The notes under the pieces were generated by a model that had not been told where the DNA came from, did no database searches, and was given only the letters and a program-made list of their open reading frames with translations. A stretch of DNA of 49,683 nucleotides from Bdellovibrionota bacterium (GTDB lineage Bacteria > Bdellovibrionota_C > UBA2361 > JBGSMV01). Both the position numbers and the translations under genes were made by a program. The stretch lies in the NCBI GenBank assembly GCA_044356455.1, contig JBIKWF010000021.1, forward strand, positions 1 to 49,683. Direction: 5' to 3'. Within the stretch, counting starts at the first letter, position 1; the number at the start of each line of letters is the position of its first letter. Shown here piece by piece: positions 47,058 through 49,683 of this stretch.

Positions 47058-47798
47058 ATGCAACACTACCACGCAAAACAGTCTGGCTCCGTGTTTGTAG
47101 AGTTACTCTGGACTATTCCCCTTTTTATTGCGGGAATTGTGCTGATAATTTTGGTGGGAGTGCACCTTAACGCCAAATCTGCTCTGCAAGATGCCGTTAC
47201 GCACGCACTCTCTCTTGCAACGACCAGGGGTTATTCCGCCCAGCTTCTTTATGCTCCTTTTGCTCGTGTTACGGACTATGCAAACGGCGACAAGCCCTTC
47301 GAGCATATTAAAGACCTCTTGGTCTCCTCTCAAAAATTAGATTCCCCTGAGGACTTGCTCCTTGCCTCCTACCGATCCGCGCTCGGCGGGGTTCAGCTAA
47401 ATGATCTAGGTACCTCTGAGCTTCTAGCCCTCGTCTACGTGAACCAAGCTGTCTCGCTTGCCTCACTCGGAGAGGCCGTGTTCCCCTGCAGCGCTGATGA
47501 CCAATCGATGGGATGCCTGCGCTGCTTTTTTGTGCCTACCGCGACAGGAGTTCTGCCCCTGGCAATCGACGTTAATATTTTGGACGATCTCTCGACTGCA
47601 GCTCCGCAAAGCCAGATGTCAATGGAAGTTCGATATAGGGAATCGAAACAGCGCCTCGAGATGTGGTGTTCGTATCGGCCGAAAAATGTTTTCTTAAGCA
47701 TCGCGATGGGATTCGCACAGGCCTCAGGTTTTACGCTAGACCCCGAAATTGGAAGAATACAAGTAAAGGGTGCAGCGGACGCATTTGCTGGATTCTAA
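47058..47798 (+). CDS. TadE-like pseudopilin
   Basis: KQSG|SVFVELLWTIPLF...LQDAV..A TadE pattern; start moved to ATG 47058. Confidence 0.78.
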   Translation: MQHYHAKQSGSVFVELLWTIPLFIAGIVLIILVGVHLNAKSALQDAVTHALSLATTRGYSAQLLYAPFARVTDYANGDKPFEHIKDLLVSSQKLDSPEDLLLASYRSALGGVQLNDLGTSELLALVYVNQAVSLASLGEAVFPCSADDQSMGCLRCFFVPTATGVLPLAIDVNILDDLSTAAPQSQMSMEVRYRESKQRLEMWCSYRPKNVFLSIAMGFAQASGFTLDPEIGRIQVKGAADAFAGF

Positions 47799-47811
47799 GG
47801 GTGCTTTCACT

Positions 47812-49683
47812 ATGAATATTCCCCGCTCAAGCGAACAAGGGGTCTTTGTTCCTCTCGCCGCCGTTGTCTTGGCAGGGGCCATTACCTTGCTCTTTGCTAC
47901 AGGTGTTGACTCCCTTCTCGTTCGGCTTACTCGATCTGAGCTGCAGCGCACCACTAACCAGATCTGTCTTTCCCTTTCCGGAGAGGTTTTTGCGCCTGAT
48001 CTTGCTGCTCCAGCTTTTAGGGACTCTGTAATGACCCTAAAAGATAGCCTTTCTTTTGCGACCCTTGATAGCGCTACTCTCGTGCTCCCCGCCCAGAAAG
48101 AGAGCTTACTGGGACCTATCTCTCCTTCGAATGCTTGCACGGGAACTCTCCCAAGCGTTGACGAAGTAGGCGCCTCTCCGGCTTTGGGAGTTCCGGCATG
48201 GACCTCGTTTGGATCCATTTCGGATTCGTTTCCTACCTGTTCTCTAGACGCGGAGAACCCCGCCGATAGGGACTGTAAACTTTGGTCCTACCCAAACCAT
48301 ACTCTGCCTCCTGGGTTCCCGGAATCAGCGAAGTCAGCGCTCCTTCCGGGGAGATCCATAGGCTGCATTATGTCAGCAAGGGTGAAGCGCTACGCAGGGG
48401 GGCCTCCTGTAAAGATTTGGGGCAGAGCGCTTTACTCGGCACGCTCAAGGAACCCTGGCAACTCAAGTGATGGGTCGGACCCATCGGCACTTAGAATTGC
48501 TATCGGCACAGAAATGGCAACTCCTGATTTTAAACGACTCTCTATTCCTAGTCCGGGCGTAGAGTTGATTTTTGATCGCAGTTCGCCGCTTACTTTTGCG
48601 GCCGTGGAGAATGCTGGACCTGGCTGGGGACAACGGGACTTTTACGATCCTATATTTTGGGACCACGATCCATTCTGCGCCCCTCCTAACCCGCCCAACC
48701 CAAATGATCCCTGGTGCCCTAGATACCGCGATGGAAATCGCAGCGATTTTTTGCTTAACTCGTCTCCCGGTGATTTTCTTTCGGCATTCTCGGCCCCTCG
48801 CCCTATTACGCCGCGAATCCCGATTACTGCGCCTGGCTACCCGCTTCCGAATGAGAATGATCCAGGGTTCCTGCGTGGAGGGTGGCAGCTTAGCGATTCT
48901 CAGATTAAGGAAATGCTCGTAGCGTGCAGCAATCCTCCCGTGCTCATTCGCAACATTCTCGCGCAAACGTTTATCGAACTTGCTGCGCGCGACCCAGCGC
49001 TACGCAATCGGACCGAGGTACTGCATATTAATCCAAGAAATGTTGGCGCCTCTCCCAAGCTAAATCCGCCTACCCAGATGGTGCCTCTAGGAGTTGATAT
49101 TACCACTCGCGCCTTCCAGATTCCTTTTGTGCCTTACGCGCAAGAAGACGTTGTCATAGAAGGCAAAATGATGGTGGGTCTTGGCGGAGCAGATTCTGAA
49201 ATCGCTCCCTTTAGCGGAACCAGCAGCCTAGACGATGATGAAGAGAGAATTCACGCTACTTTGACGACGCAGCTAAGAGTTTGCTACCATCTCTACACCG
49301 GCAGGTTCAATGGCGACTCAAGCCAAAGAGAAACCAAGGGCCTATCAAGAAATTACTTAGCAAGGCTTTTTGACTCGCCCTACGGGCTCTTAAGTAGCGG
49401 AGCAGGGCCGGCCTTCGAGTTCAACCGCCGGCCCTATCCTCCTGAAATCCGTCCTCCTGCCTTCAATCCCCCTCGTCTCTACCCTGGACTTGGAAGTGAA
49501 CCCGTCGCCTACGGCTACGAGACACTAGAACCTCCCACCTCGCCTCGGCTCCCAAGCGACATTTACAAGGCCCCTCCAAACAATGCGGAACCTAGGCACT
49601 TTTATCCTCAAGAGCAGGAATCCCCTTGGGTTAGACCATTCGCTGGGGCGTTCACTAATTTGCTAAGTGCTGGTGAACTTGTC
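47812..49683 (+). CDS. TadG-like pilus-associated protein, 3'-truncated by the window edge
   Basis: Absent from the ORF track because no stop is reached. Translates MNIPRSSEQG|VFVPLAAVVLAGAITLLFATGVDSLLVRLTRSELQRTTNQIC, a Tad N-terminal pattern, and follows two TadE-like genes. Confidence 0.72.
   Translation, partial: MNIPRSSEQGVFVPLAAVVLAGAITLLFATGVDSLLVRLTRSELQRTTNQICLSLSGEVFAPDLAAPAFRDSVMTLKDSLSFATLDSATLVLPAQKESLLGPISPSNACTGTLPSVDEVGASPALGVPAWTSFGSISDSFPTCSLDAENPADRDCKLWSYPNHTLPPGFPESAKSALLPGRSIGCIMSARVKRYAGGPPVKIWGRALYSARSRNPGNSSDGSDPSALRIAIGTEMATPDFKRLSIPSPGVELIFDRSSPLTFAAVENAGPGWGQRDFYDPIFWDHDPFCAPPNPPNPNDPWCPRYRDGNRSDFLLNSSPGDFLSAFSAPRPITPRIPITAPGYPLPNENDPGFLRGGWQLSDSQIKEMLVACSNPPVLIRNILAQTFIELAARDPALRNRTEVLHINPRNVGASPKLNPPTQMVPLGVDITTRAFQIPFVPYAQEDVVIEGKMMVGLGGADSEIAPFSGTSSLDDDEERIHATLTTQLRVCYHLYTGRFNGDSSQRETKGLSRNYLARLFDSPYGLLSSGAGPAFEFNRRPYPPEIRPPAFNPPRLYPGLGSEPVAYGYETLEPPTSPRLPSDIYKAPPNNAEPRHFYPQEQESPWVRPFAGAFTNLLSAGELV

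Noticed and set aside
47736..49106. Short ORFs listed in the track over 47.7-49.1 kb
   Set aside because: Shadows of the long open TadG-like frame starting at 47812.

Overview
Bacterial genomic window of moderate GC with almost no housekeeping genes. It is dominated by secreted and surface proteins: Pro/Thr-linker proteins with PKD-like, Ca-binding Cys-repeat and NHL domains, a collagen-like protein, an orphan flagellin, two tandem Flp-type pilins and the start of a TadE/TadE/TadG pseudopilin cluster. It also encodes a large alpha/beta-hydrolase, a cryptic clan-CD (caspase-fold) peptidase candidate and a papain/NlpC-like lipoprotein. Other recognisable genes are a DUF1294 protein, a CDF transporter, an amidohydrolase, a Fic protein, a DUF6502 protein and a winged-helix protein. 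The gene content suggests a Bdellovibrionota/deltaproteobacterium-like organism (inference only). The intergenic DNA is richly structured. It holds several families of non-autonomous MITE/REP elements stacked at CTAG/CTAA sites and seven sigma-54 promoter matches, three placed to give essentially leaderless mRNAs. The best candidate for something undescribed is a tandem pair of ~122-nt structured hairpin units with covariation, probably a + strand ncRNA, lying between the divergent DUF6502 and winged-helix genes. No rRNA, tRNA, CRISPR array or transposase was seen. All family calls come from motif recognition by eye, not database searches.
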